Below, one piece after another: positions 1-9,086 of a stretch of DNA of 64,000 nt. The notes beneath the pieces are model-generated. The model did not search any database and was not told the origin of the DNA. It worked only from the letters and a program-made list of their open reading frames with translations. Made by a program: the position numbers and the translations under genes. Within the stretch, counting starts at the first letter, position 1, and each line of letters opens with the position of its first letter. Source of the stretch: Clostridia bacterium. GTDB taxonomy: Bacteria; Bacillota; Clostridia; Christensenellales; DTU072. Location: NCBI GenBank assembly GCA_016297005.1, contig JAEDHK010000002.1, positions 198,944 to 262,943 on the forward strand, in the 5' to 3' direction.

Positions 1-183
1 AGCCTGCGTCATGTTAATGATATAGATACTTGCGCCCGACGTCGCTATTGCCGAAAGAATCAGGCAGCAAGCTACCAGAATCAGTTGTTTTTTATATCGG
101 GAAAACAGCTCTTTCATCAAGCGGGAGAACGTGCCTTTTACGTTCGTCGCCATGCTTTTACCTTTCATTTTGACAGGACCCAT
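1..183 (-). CDS. ABC exporter ATP-binding/permease subunit, N-terminal fragment (gene runs off window start)
   Basis: Own translation of minus strand from ATG 183-181: MGPVKMKGKSMATNVKGTFSRLMKELFSRYKKQLILVACCLILSAIATSGASIYIINMTQA.. This is a basic N-terminus followed by a hydrophobic TM1, as in type-I ABC exporters. The ATG lies 1 nt after the stop (185-187) of the preceding exporter gene, the usual heterodimer-pair layout. Not in ORF track because truncated. Confidence 0.6.
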   Translation of the reverse strand, partial: MGPVKMKGKSMATNVKGTFSRLMKELFSRYKKQLILVACCLILSAIATSGASIYIINMTQA

Positions 184-184
184 A

Positions 185-2002
185 TTATTTGTCCTCCTTG
201 TTTTGCGAACGGTAAACTTCTTGGTATATCTCGTCGGTCTTCAACAGTTCTTCATGCGTGCCGACGGCTTCTATTCTGCCGCCGTCCATAACGACAATTT
301 TGTCGGCATTCCGGACCGACGCGATACGTTGTGCGATAATGATCTTGGTCGTATCGGGGATCTCCTCTGCAAAAGCCTTCCGGATCACAGCGTCCGTCTT
401 CATATCAACGGCGCTCGTCGAGTCGTCCAGGATGAGGATCTTAGGCTTTTTCAATAGCGCTCTTGCTATGCATAGACGCTGTTTTTGCCCACCGGAGACG
501 TTGGCGCCACCCTGTTCGATATACGTATCGTACCCGTCGGGAAAGGATTCGATAAAGGAGTCTGCGCAAGCCAACTTGCAAGCCCTCTTCATCTCTTCGT
601 CGGTGGCTTCTTTGTTGCCCCACCGAAGGTTTTCTTTTATAGTACCGCTGAAAAGGACGTTCTTTTGCAAGACGACGGACACGGCGTTACGAAGCGTCTC
701 TAAGTCGTATTCTTTTACGTTTCTGCCGCCCACGTACACTTCTCCGGCCGTAACGTCGTACAACCGCGGAATAAGCTGAACGAGGGTTGATTTAGAAGAA
801 CCGGTACTCCCCAATATGCCCACCGTTTCTCCGCTCTTGATAGTAAGATTCACGTCGGACAAAACCTCGCGCCTGGCTTTTTCGGAATATTTAAAAGATA
901 CGTTCTTGAATTCGACGGAACCGTCTTCTATTTCACGGACGGGGTTTTCCGGATTTATAATGGTGCTCTTTTCGTCAATAACCTCCGTTATCCTTCGACC
1001 GGATTCGAGAGCAAGGGTCACCATAACGAACATCATGGAGAGCATCATCAGACTCATAAGCGTCTGCATACCGTATTGGATCAGACTGGAAATCTCCCCG
1101 ATCCTGATGGAATCGCCAAGCGGATGCATGACGCCGAGCGCAATCAGCGAACCGACGAAAACGGTGCATAGCATGGCGATATACGTGACCGAAGACATCA
1201 TTGGATCCAAAAAGGCCATGATTTTTTCGGCGTAGGTAAAGTCGTTCTTTAAGTTTTCGCTTGCGGTAGAAAACTTTTCTTTCTCAAATTCTTCCCTCAC
1301 GTATGCCTTGACGACGCGCATACCGCGGACGTTTTCCTGTACAGATTGATTGAGTTTGTCGTATTTTTTGAATATCTTCTTAAAAATCGGCATAACTTTA
1401 CGGAACAACAGAAACCCGAACGTCGCCAAAAGGATCATCAATCCCAACGTAATCAGAGAGATGGTTCTGCTGATCTGGAAAGACAGAATGATAGAAAACG
1501 TAAACATCATCGGCGCGCGGATTCCGCCGCGGATGACCATCATATACGCGTTTTGCACGTTGGTCACGTCCGTCGTAAGACGAGTGACAAGACTGGTGGA
1601 CGAAAAACGGTCGATATTGGCGAAAGAAAAGTCCTGTACCGAATAGTACAGATCGTGACGAAGGTTCTTTCCGAATCCGGCGGCGGCATTGGCGGCCGTT
1701 CTTCCGGCAAGAGCGCCGCAAGAGAGACTGAGCATGGCGAAAACGATCAGGAAAACCCCATGTAAAACGATGGCAAGCAGAACGTCCCCGGAGGCCCATC
1801 CCATAATAAGATCGTTGATCCAGGCCACGATCCCCGAACTGACGGTAGCCGTCTCCGTCGAAAAAGATTGCAAAGTGTTGATCATGCTGGCCGTAACCAA
1901 GGGCAAAACACACTCCAAAAACACCTCGAACGCAATATATATCGGCGACAGGATACTATCTTTTTTATATTCACGAATACTGGCAACCAGCTTTTTTAAC
2001 AT
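185..2002 (-). CDS. ABC exporter ATP-binding/permease protein (type-I, MdlB/YheI-like)
   Basis: ORF 185..2062. TM domain followed by an NBD with Walker A GSTGSSKST, signature VSGGQKQRL and Walker B ILILDDSTSAVD. Start moved to ATG 2002 (MLKKLVASIREY) behind AGGTAGGGAAG; ATG 2062 sits inside the predicted promoter. Confidence 0.9.
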   Translation of the reverse strand: MLKKLVASIREYKKDSILSPIYIAFEVFLECVLPLVTASMINTLQSFSTETATVSSGIVAWINDLIMGWASGDVLLAIVLHGVFLIVFAMLSLSCGALAGRTAANAAAGFGKNLRHDLYYSVQDFSFANIDRFSSTSLVTRLTTDVTNVQNAYMMVIRGGIRAPMMFTFSIILSFQISRTISLITLGLMILLATFGFLLFRKVMPIFKKIFKKYDKLNQSVQENVRGMRVVKAYVREEFEKEKFSTASENLKNDFTYAEKIMAFLDPMMSSVTYIAMLCTVFVGSLIALGVMHPLGDSIRIGEISSLIQYGMQTLMSLMMLSMMFVMVTLALESGRRITEVIDEKSTIINPENPVREIEDGSVEFKNVSFKYSEKARREVLSDVNLTIKSGETVGILGSTGSSKSTLVQLIPRLYDVTAGEVYVGGRNVKEYDLETLRNAVSVVLQKNVLFSGTIKENLRWGNKEATDEEMKRACKLACADSFIESFPDGYDTYIEQGGANVSGGQKQRLCIARALLKKPKILILDDSTSAVDMKTDAVIRKAFAEEIPDTTKIIIAQRIASVRNADKIVVMDGGRIEAVGTHEELLKTDEIYQEVYRSQNKEDK

Positions 2003-2033
2003 ATTCTTCCCTACCTTTTTCAAATAGCGTCTT

Positions 2034-2062
2034 ATTATACCAATTAAATCGTAATTATGCAA
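2034..2062 (-). promoter_or_regulatory. sigma-A type promoter of ABC exporter operon
   Basis: Minus strand TTGCAT (2062-2057), 17-nt spacer, TATAAT (2039-2034). Confidence 0.55.
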
Positions 2063-2459
2063 TTTTTTCCTTTAATGATTGTTAAAATATGCTCTTTGAT
2101 TTAGAGATAAAACCCCGGGACTTCTATGAGATCTTTGTTTTCTTTATATTCCTTATCTGTCGTTATTCGTTCTTTCGCGGTTGCTTTCAATGGCCTCTTT
2201 ATCTGAGATTATTCCCCTTAACGAGAGCATCCCGATTATCCTTATATGCCGAGTTATTCGGATTATGCCGCTCTTAATAAAATCCGATTGTGCTTTCGTA
2301 CGCGTATAACTCGATACAGGGAAATACTTTATTATAGAATAATGCTTTTGACCGCTGTTGAACGGGAATAAAGGATGAGATTATTTAAAAAGGACGCGAG
2401 GAAAGAGTGGTTTTCTGCCGAAAAAAAGCTTTCTTTCCCCGAATAGTTATTTAAAAAAA

Positions 2460-3710
2460 CTATTCTTTAACAACGTAAACGTTATTACCGTTCAGTCCGA
2501 AGCGATTTTTCGGGCGAGAAGATAACAATTCGATCGCGTCCTTGGTCAGGACGTCGTGAGAATAAGCGAGCGGAACGCCCGGGGGATAGAGACCGACTTC
2601 GACGTAAAGACGTCTTCCTTCCGCTTCCGCAAGAGGCACTTCTTCCCACTCTCCGCCAAACGTCAGCAAAGTAGGACGCTTGTTCTCTTTATAATAAGAA
2701 ATATCCGCTTCATTTTCCGCAAGCGCGTCGGATTCGAGCGCGTTTACGGCTTCCGAGAGGTCATTCAGTTCTCTATGGTTATTGGGCGTTATGATGAATA
2801 CAACCTTGTTCCCGGCGCTCATTTCGGCGATGAAGCCGGCTTTTTCAAGGGCGTTTGCTACGGCTTCGCCCGAAAAAGGCGACGTCAGGACAAGACGGGT
2901 CTTGTCATCGCTTGCGGCTACCGAAAAAGGCGCTTTGATTCCGTGGGTAAAATTCTCGATGCTTCGAAAAACTTCTTCGTACAGCGCGGAATATTTTTCC
3001 GGTGCGGAATATGCTTTTTCTATCGAACAGAGGGTAATATACGACGGCGACGTGCCATGCAGAATTTTCCTTGCCAAAGAGCAAGAAGAGACGTCTTCTT
3101 TATCGCGCACGAGAAGAACGCTCCCACCCGTCGTCACGGGCAAGGTTTTGTGCAGACTAAGCACGGTAAAATCGGCGTATTCGGCCGCGGAAACGGGAAA
3201 TCTTTCGGAAAAAACGAAATGACTGCCATGCGCAGCGTCGCAGATCACTTTGATCCCTTTTTTATGCGCGGCGTTACATATTTCTTTCAGCGGCAGGCAG
3301 TTTCCGAAATAATCGGGAGACGTAACGATAACGCTCTTTACCCCTTCGGGAATATCTTCCGCATTGAACTTGTCCACGTGATAAGCGGGCAAGGAAAAGG
3401 CGCGCATAGCGTTATACACGGACGAATGAATGTTGCCGACCAGCAAATATTCTCCTTTGTCTTTATTGGCAAATATCGCTTCCCATAAAGACGTCGTTGC
3501 CCCTTGCGTGGAGATAAAACAAGCTTCCGCCTTATAGACGGAAGCGATCTTTTTTTCAAGCGCGGCAATCGCCCCTTGCGGGTGCAGAAGATTATCGCTG
3601 TAACTGAGCTCGGTCACGTCATACTTGCCCCCTTCGGCCCTGCCGCTGTGTCCGGGCGTATGAAAACGCGCTTTCGCCGCGTTTTTTTCGATATCGGCGA
3701 CCAAACTCAT
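2460..3710 (-). CDS. Orn/Lys/Arg decarboxylase family PLP-dependent enzyme (YaaO/SpeA-like)
   Basis: 416 aa. N-terminal FHTPGHSG motif and SLHKTLP (PLP-lysine motif) typical of the OKR_DC_1 family. Starts 5 nt after the lysS stop. Confidence 0.8.
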   Translation of the reverse strand: MSLVADIEKNAAKARFHTPGHSGRAEGGKYDVTELSYSDNLLHPQGAIAALEKKIASVYKAEACFISTQGATTSLWEAIFANKDKGEYLLVGNIHSSVYNAMRAFSLPAYHVDKFNAEDIPEGVKSVIVTSPDYFGNCLPLKEICNAAHKKGIKVICDAAHGSHFVFSERFPVSAAEYADFTVLSLHKTLPVTTGGSVLLVRDKEDVSSCSLARKILHGTSPSYITLCSIEKAYSAPEKYSALYEEVFRSIENFTHGIKAPFSVAASDDKTRLVLTSPFSGEAVANALEKAGFIAEMSAGNKVVFIITPNNHRELNDLSEAVNALESDALAENEADISYYKENKRPTLLTFGGEWEEVPLAEAEGRRLYVEVGLYPPGVPLAYSHDVLTKDAIELLSSRPKNRFGLNGNNVYVVKE

Positions 3711-3715
3711 TTCTT

Positions 3716-5206
3716 TTACTTACGCGGCTTCATTGTCGGGAACAGAAGCACGTCGCGGATGCTGGAATTATTTGTCAGCATCATGACCATACGGTCGATG
3801 CCGATACCGAGTCCGCCGGTGGGGGGCATGCCGTATTCGAGCGCATTGACGAAATCTTCGTCCATAAACTGCGCCTCGTCGTCGCCTTTGGCTCTTTCGC
3901 GAGCCTGTTGCTCAAATCTGGATCTCTGATCAATGGGATCGTTCAGTTCGCTGAAAGCGTTGCCCATTTCGCTGGCCATCATGAAGCACTCGAAACGTTC
4001 GGTCAGGCGCTTGTCGCTCGGCTTACGCTTCGCGAGCGGGCTGACTTCCACGGGATAGTCGATGATAAAGATAGGCTGGATCAGCTTTTCTTCTACCTTC
4101 TGGTCAAAGACTTCGTACAAAACCTTTCCCCAGGATTCGTCTCCGTCCAGTTCTACGCCGATCTTTTTTGCCTGCGCGATCAGTTCTTCCGTCGTTCCCT
4201 GTCCGAAGTCGATCCCCGTGTACTGCTTTACTGCGTCGATCATGGTCATACGGGGCCACTTCTGACCGAAATGTAAGATTTCTCCCTGATATTCGACGTC
4301 TTCCGTATGCAAAACTTCTTGCGCACAATAACGGAACAGTCCTTCGGTAATGTCCATCATATCGTTGTAATCGGCATACGCCTGATACAGTTCGATGGTG
4401 GTAAATTCGGGATTGTGCTTGATATCCATGCCTTCGTTACGGAAAATACGACCGATCTCGAACACTTTATCGAAACCACCGACGATCAGACGTTTCAGGT
4501 ACAGTTCGGTGGCGATACGCATGTACATATCGATATCGAGAGCATTATGATGCGTGACGAACGGACGGGCGTTGGCGCCGCCGGGGATGCTGTTAAGCAC
4601 CGGCGTTTCCACTTCGATAAATCCGATGCTTTCCATATAGTTACGCACGCAAGAAATAATTTTACTACGCTTCGCGAAAGTGTCCATAACCTCGGGATTG
4701 ACGATCAGGTCGACGTAACGCTGACGATATCTTAAATCGGTATTGGTCAGACCGTGATATTTTTCCGGAAGAGGAAGAAGGGACTTGCTAAGAAGGACGA
4801 TCTTTTGGGCATGAACGGAGATTTCTCCGGTTTGGGTCTTGAACACAAATCCCTCCACGCCGATAATATCGCCGACGTCCCACTTTTTAAAAGCGGCGTA
4901 ATCTTCTTCTCCCACGTCGTCGCGACGGACGTACGCCTGCAACTTCTTTCCCCCGTCCAGAAGATGAGTGAAAGAGGCCTTACCCATGATTCTGCGGGAG
5001 ATCATACGTCCGGCGATCGTAACCGTCTTTCCTTCGTACTTTTCAAAATCGTTCAGGACCTCTTCCGCTTGTACGGTACGGTCGAACTTGGTGATCTCGA
5101 AGGGATCTTTGCCGGCGGCCACAAGGTCGCTCAGCTTCTGCCGACGGATGGCGATCTCGCTCGCATTGTCCTGTTCGACGTTTACTTTTTCGTTAATGTC
5201 TGCCAT
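3716..5206 (-). CDS. lysS: lysine--tRNA ligase (class II)
   Basis: 496 aa. OB-fold N-domain, class II motifs (GRIFRNEGMDIKHNPEFTTIELYQAYAD; GGLGIGIDRMVMMLT). Full-length similarity to bacterial LysS by eye. Confidence 0.97.
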   Translation of the reverse strand: MADINEKVNVEQDNASEIAIRRQKLSDLVAAGKDPFEITKFDRTVQAEEVLNDFEKYEGKTVTIAGRMISRRIMGKASFTHLLDGGKKLQAYVRRDDVGEEDYAAFKKWDVGDIIGVEGFVFKTQTGEISVHAQKIVLLSKSLLPLPEKYHGLTNTDLRYRQRYVDLIVNPEVMDTFAKRSKIISCVRNYMESIGFIEVETPVLNSIPGGANARPFVTHHNALDIDMYMRIATELYLKRLIVGGFDKVFEIGRIFRNEGMDIKHNPEFTTIELYQAYADYNDMMDITEGLFRYCAQEVLHTEDVEYQGEILHFGQKWPRMTMIDAVKQYTGIDFGQGTTEELIAQAKKIGVELDGDESWGKVLYEVFDQKVEEKLIQPIFIIDYPVEVSPLAKRKPSDKRLTERFECFMMASEMGNAFSELNDPIDQRSRFEQQARERAKGDDEAQFMDEDFVNALEYGMPPTGGLGIGIDRMVMMLTNNSSIRDVLLFPTMKPRK

Positions 5207-5218
5207 TTTATTCTTTCC

Positions 5219-5695
5219 TTAGTTTTTGCTGATGGATCTGATAACAAGAATCATATCGCCTGCCGGCGTCTTAGCCACAACGCGATCGCCCTTCTTGTGC
5301 CCGACGAGAGCCTTGCCGATGGGGCTTCGGTCGCTGATTTTATATTTGCGGCTGTCCGCTTCCAGACTGGAAACAATCTGAAGAGTCATTTCTTCGTCTT
5401 CGGCTTCGTCGTAAACGACAACGCTGTTTCCGATGCCGATATACTTGGTGTTGACTTCTTTTTCGTCGATGATCTCGACAAGAGCAAGGGTGTCTTCGAT
5501 ACGGGCGATTTCGGCTTCGTTGGCCACCTGCGCTTCTTTGGCGGCGGAATATTCGGCGTTTTCGCTCAAATCACCGAACTCTTTGGCGTGCTTGATCGCG
5601 TCGGAGATCTCGCTGCGACGAACCGTACGGAGATAGTCCAATTTCTGATTCATTTCGTCAAATTTTTCTTGCGTCAATTTAATAACGGTTTCCAT
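5219..5695 (-). CDS. greA: transcription elongation factor GreA
   Basis: 158 aa. N-terminal coiled-coil with DLSENAEYSAAKE motif, C-terminal globular domain SPIGKALVGHKKGD. Confidence 0.95.
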   Translation of the reverse strand: METVIKLTQEKFDEMNQKLDYLRTVRRSEISDAIKHAKEFGDLSENAEYSAAKEAQVANEAEIARIEDTLALVEIIDEKEVNTKYIGIGNSVVVYDEAEDEEMTLQIVSSLEADSRKYKISDRSPIGKALVGHKKGDRVVAKTPAGDMILVIRSISKN

Positions 5696-5787
5696 GATAC
5701 AAAAATACTCCTTCTTAAAAAAAGTCGGTTACCTTGTGTCTTGTCAAAGTAACCGGCTTCCGTCTTTTTTACTTTGCTATGCGATGA

Positions 5788-6075
5788 TTATTCACCCTTG
5801 AAAGCGAGCAGACCCATGATCCGTGCGCGTTTTATCGCCACGGCCAGGTCGCGTTGGTGCTTTACGCAAACGCCCGACGTTCTCCGCGGAATGATCTTGC
5901 CGTTTTCGGCAATGTAACGGGGACGACGTTCTCCGTTGCGGTCGAAGCTCTTTTCGTTGTTCTTTTCGATGTCTTTAACAAGCGCGATATAGTCCACTTC
6001 GTCAACTTTGTTGACGCAGAAAGGACACACCTTTTTCTTCGGCGCGCGTCTGTATATGTTTTCTCTCTTTTCCAT
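5788..6075 (-). CDS. rpsR: 30S ribosomal protein S18 (with about 16-aa internal insertion)
   Basis: [11 protein letters not shown] ... [32 protein letters not shown] matches the S18 core. Lies in the rpsF-ssb-rpsR order. Confidence 0.9.
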   Translation of the reverse strand: MEKRENIYRRAPKKKVCPFCVNKVDEVDYIALVKDIEKNNEKSFDRNGERRPRYIAENGKIIPRRTSGVCVKHQRDLAVAIKRARIMGLLAFKGE

Positions 6076-6098
6076 AATAAAAAATTTACCTCCAAAAA

Positions 6099-6518
6099 TC
6101 AGAAGGGCAGATCCTCGTCGCCCTCAACAGGTTTGAGATCGGCGATCTTGCCGCGCTTTCCGGTGGACGCAGCCGGCACGGAGACCGCTTCCGGAAGTTC
6201 GTTCAGGTCGTCGTTCTTGGTGCTCAGAAATTGTACTTCGTCCGCAACGATCTCAACCGAATAGCGTTTTTGTCCGTCGCTCGTCTCATAGTTTTTGTTT
6301 TGAATGGAGCCGCACACGCCGACTCTGCTACCTTTACGCAGGTATTTGCCGCAGTTTTCGGCCATGGCTCTCCAACAGATAACGGAGAAGAAGTCGGTCT
6401 CTTTAGAACCGTACCGACGGCTCACAGCTAACGTGAACTTACAATTAACAAGATCGTTCGAGGTGGTAGCTACTTCGGGGTCCTTGGTCAAGTTACCGAT
6501 CATGAATACTCTGTTCAT
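6099..6518 (-). CDS. ssb: single-stranded DNA-binding protein
   Basis: [17 protein letters not shown]-fold start; acidic C-terminal tip DEDLPF. Confidence 0.95.
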   Translation of the reverse strand: MNRVFMIGNLTKDPEVATTSNDLVNCKFTLAVSRRYGSKETDFFSVICWRAMAENCGKYLRKGSRVGVCGSIQNKNYETSDGQKRYSVEIVADEVQFLSTKNDDLNELPEAVSVPAASTGKRGKIADLKPVEGDEDLPF

Positions 6519-6532
6519 TTTTTGTTCCTCCG

Positions 6533-6814
6533 TTAAATTTTAGTGATCATTTGACGAATAATTACGTCGCTGATACGCATTTGTCTTTCGATTTCGGCAG
6601 GGACGTCAGCGCCGGCCGTGAACTTAACGTGCACGTAATAGCCTTCCGTCTTCTTATCGATGGCATAAGCGAACTTTCTGGTGCCCCACTTGTCAGTGGC
6701 ATCAACAGTACCGCCCAAAGAAGCGATCAGCTCGTTGTACTTGTCAACTTGCGCCTGCTTCTCTTCATCGCCGAGTCCGTTATCAATGATGTACAGCAAT
6801 TGATATTTACTCAT
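6533..6814 (-). CDS. rpsF: 30S ribosomal protein S6
   Basis: MSKYQLLYII..WGTRKFAYAI..GYYV typical S6; first gene of the rpsF-ssb-rpsR operon; GGAGG RBS. Confidence 0.95.
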   Translation of the reverse strand: MSKYQLLYIIDNGLGDEEKQAQVDKYNELIASLGGTVDATDKWGTRKFAYAIDKKTEGYYVHVKFTAGADVPAEIERQMRISDVIIRQMITKI

Positions 6815-6841
6815 AGAATAGTACCTCCTTTTGGTCTTATG

Positions 6842-6891
6842 GCTACCGCCTTAGTCGGTAGCAAGGAAAATTTTCTCGACTTCTGCCGAGA
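6842..6891 (-). promoter_or_regulatory. structured rpsF 5' leader (possible S6:S18 autoregulatory hairpins)
   Basis: Minus-strand leader has hairpins TCTCGgcagaagtCGAGA (6891-6874) and GCTACCGactaaggCGGTAGC (6862-6842), just upstream of the RBS and downstream of a TATAAT at 6905-6900. Assignment to the known S6:S18 leader class is by analogy only. Confidence 0.35.
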
Positions 6892-6960
6892 ATGGTTTTA
6901 TTATACAATATTTTTTTAAAAAGTAAAGGATTTTTTACTAATATTTATAGAATTTGCTTA

Positions 6961-6995
6961 AAAAATGAAAGAAAGCGGATTTTTGCTCCGCTTTC
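6961..6995 (-). terminator. rho-independent terminator after ABC permease gene
   Basis: Minus strand GAAAGCGGA-7 nt-TCCGCTTTC followed by TTTCATTTTT. Confidence 0.75.
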
Positions 6996-7008
6996 TTGCT
7001 TTCATTTT

Positions 7009-7965
7009 CTATCGTTCTTCACGGAAATACGACGTCCCGAGCGCCGCCGGAGGTTGCGATTCTTTCTTATTGACGATGCTCGTTATGATCAAAATAATGA
7101 TCGTAACAACAAACGGAATTATTTTTAAGAGTTCCTTATACGTGAAGCTGATATTCAGATAGTTCGGCGCAATATACAACGCACCGAAGAGGATGGATCC
7201 GAGGATCCCCCAGTTCGGTCTCCACAAAGAGAAGATAACGAGCGCTATCGCAAGCCATCCCATGGCGTCGATGGAATATTCCCAACTTCCGTTCAGATAG
7301 TCCATAATATAGAACAAGCCGCCGAGACCGGCAATAGCCGCACCCAAAACGCACGCGCAATACTTATATTTTTCTACGTTGATACCGGCCGCATCCGCCG
7401 TCGCCGGGCTCTCTCCGACCGCACGTAAACTGAGACCGACACGGGTTTTCTTTAAGACAATACTTACCACAAGAGAAAGCGCGATCGCAATGTATACCAA
7501 GCAACCATAGGTCAAAAACAGATCGGAAAACCAATTGTTCATATTTAAACCGTCAGCATACGCCGTAAACGCATTGCTGGCATAAATAAACCCGGTTTTA
7601 TCAACCATTGAAATAAAGAAATTCGTGACGCCCGTACCGAACGTCGTGATAGCAAGACCGCTGACGTTCTGATTACAACGGAGCGTAATGGTCAGAAACC
7701 CATATAATAATCCGCCGAACCCGGCAAAAAGCATGGAAAAAATAATACCTATGATCACAGCGGCGAAACCGTTCACTTGCGTAACGTCGGCAAGAGTCTT
7801 CAAATAAACAGACTCCCCTACGCAACCGCCGAGAGCGCCGAGGCACATGATACCGGGGATACCGAGGTTAAGGTGTCCGCTCTTTTCGGTAATGGTTTCT
7901 CCGGTCGATCCAAATAGAAAAACAGTACTGAATCTTATTGCATTATGTATAAACGTAAGAAACAT
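7009..7965 (-). CDS. ABC transporter permease (BMP/nucleoside uptake family, NupQ/YufQ-like)
   Basis: 318 aa polytopic membrane protein in an operon with BMP-family binding protein, ATPase and second permease. Confidence 0.85.
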   Translation of the reverse strand: MFLTFIHNAIRFSTVFLFGSTGETITEKSGHLNLGIPGIMCLGALGGCVGESVYLKTLADVTQVNGFAAVIIGIIFSMLFAGFGGLLYGFLTITLRCNQNVSGLAITTFGTGVTNFFISMVDKTGFIYASNAFTAYADGLNMNNWFSDLFLTYGCLVYIAIALSLVVSIVLKKTRVGLSLRAVGESPATADAAGINVEKYKYCACVLGAAIAGLGGLFYIMDYLNGSWEYSIDAMGWLAIALVIFSLWRPNWGILGSILFGALYIAPNYLNISFTYKELLKIIPFVVTIIILIITSIVNKKESQPPAALGTSYFREER

Positions 7966-7967
7966 AT

Positions 7968-9086
7968 TTACTTCGCACCTCCCTCTCTGACTGCTTTGAT
8001 CTTGTCTTTCTTCAATTTGATGACTACTTTATAGCGCACGAAGAATTCGCTCGCAATAACCAAAAGGAAGAATATACCGACAATAACGCCGTTGAACGCC
8101 TCGCTGTCGCCGATATTGAACGTACTCGCCGCCTGAGAAGACCCTCTTTGCATAAATACGACCAAAAACGTCACAAAAATCATAATGATGGGGTTGAATT
8201 GAGACAACCATGAAACAAGGATTGCAGTAAAACCTCTGCCTCCGACCAGATCCGCATTCAACGTCGGGGTCGGGCTCCCGCCTACGAGCAAAAAGCCTGC
8301 AATACCGCATATCGCGCCGGAAAGAATCATCGTACGAATGATTACCTTCTTAACGTTGATGCCGACGTACTTTGCCGTATTAACGCTTTCGCCAACCACG
8401 TCCAATTCGTATCCGTGCTTGCTGAAACGCAAATACACGAACACGATAGCCGTCAATACGGTCACTATAACGACGTTAATGATGTATTTTTGTCCCAATA
8501 TAGAAGAAAAACTGCCGTATTTCAAAATACCTATCTTACTCGATCCGTCAGGAGCCCATTGGTTAATGGTAAACAATACAAGATGGGTTGCAATATAGTT
8601 CATCATGAGCGTAAACAAAGTTTCGTTCGTATTCCATTTGGCTTTGAGAAGCGCCGGAATAACGCCCCAAATCGCGCCGAAAACCAAACTTACCAAAAGC
8701 ATAATGATGATCAGCAGGCTTCCTGCGACCTTCCCGCCTAAATACCAGATAACGATAGCGCTGGCAAACGCCCCCATAAGCGTCTGCCCCTCGGCGCCGA
8801 TATTCCAAAACTTCATCTTAAACGCAGGCGTTACGGCGAGAGAAACGCACAACAACATGGCCCAACTCTGCAATAAAGAATATATCCTCGTTCCATGAAA
8901 AGCGCCCTTGATCATTTCACTGTAAAACCCGCCGAAATGTTGTCCTTTTGTCAGTATTAAGCAAACTAAGCCGCTGACCAAAAACGCAATCAGTACGGCT
9001 ACGGCGCGTATAAGCCACATTTTCCATGCCGGCATGTCCGCTCTTTTCATAATATGGATAAACGGCTCTCTTTTCTTCGTATGCAT
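7968..9086 (-). CDS. ABC transporter permease (BMP/nucleoside uptake family, NupP/YufP-like)
   Basis: 372 aa polytopic membrane protein. 1-nt overlap with the upstream ATPase gene, 2-nt gap to the next permease. Confidence 0.85.
   Translation of the reverse strand: MHTKKREPFIHIMKRADMPAWKMWLIRAVAVLIAFLVSGLVCLILTKGQHFGGFYSEMIKGAFHGTRIYSLLQSWAMLLCVSLAVTPAFKMKFWNIGAEGQTLMGAFASAIVIWYLGGKVAGSLLIIIMLLVSLVFGAIWGVIPALLKAKWNTNETLFTLMMNYIATHLVLFTINQWAPDGSSKIGILKYGSFSSILGQKYIINVVIVTVLTAIVFVYLRFSKHGYELDVVGESVNTAKYVGINVKKVIIRTMILSGAICGIAGFLLVGGSPTPTLNADLVGGRGFTAILVSWLSQFNPIIMIFVTFLVVFMQRGSSQAASTFNIGDSEAFNGVIVGIFFLLVIASEFFVRYKVVIKLKKDKIKAVREGGAK

Noticed and set aside
2200-2300. Three to four spaced copies of CCGATT(A/G)T in the 400-bp spacer upstream of the ABC exporter promoter
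   Set aside because: The repeats are short (7-8 nt) and degenerate with irregular spacing (about 23-28 nt). They cannot be distinguished from chance without genome-wide statistics.
4754-5752. 332-aa plus-strand ORF
   Set aside because: It is antisense to lysS and greA, which have unmistakable family motifs. It is a typical shadow ORF of a GC3-biased coding region.
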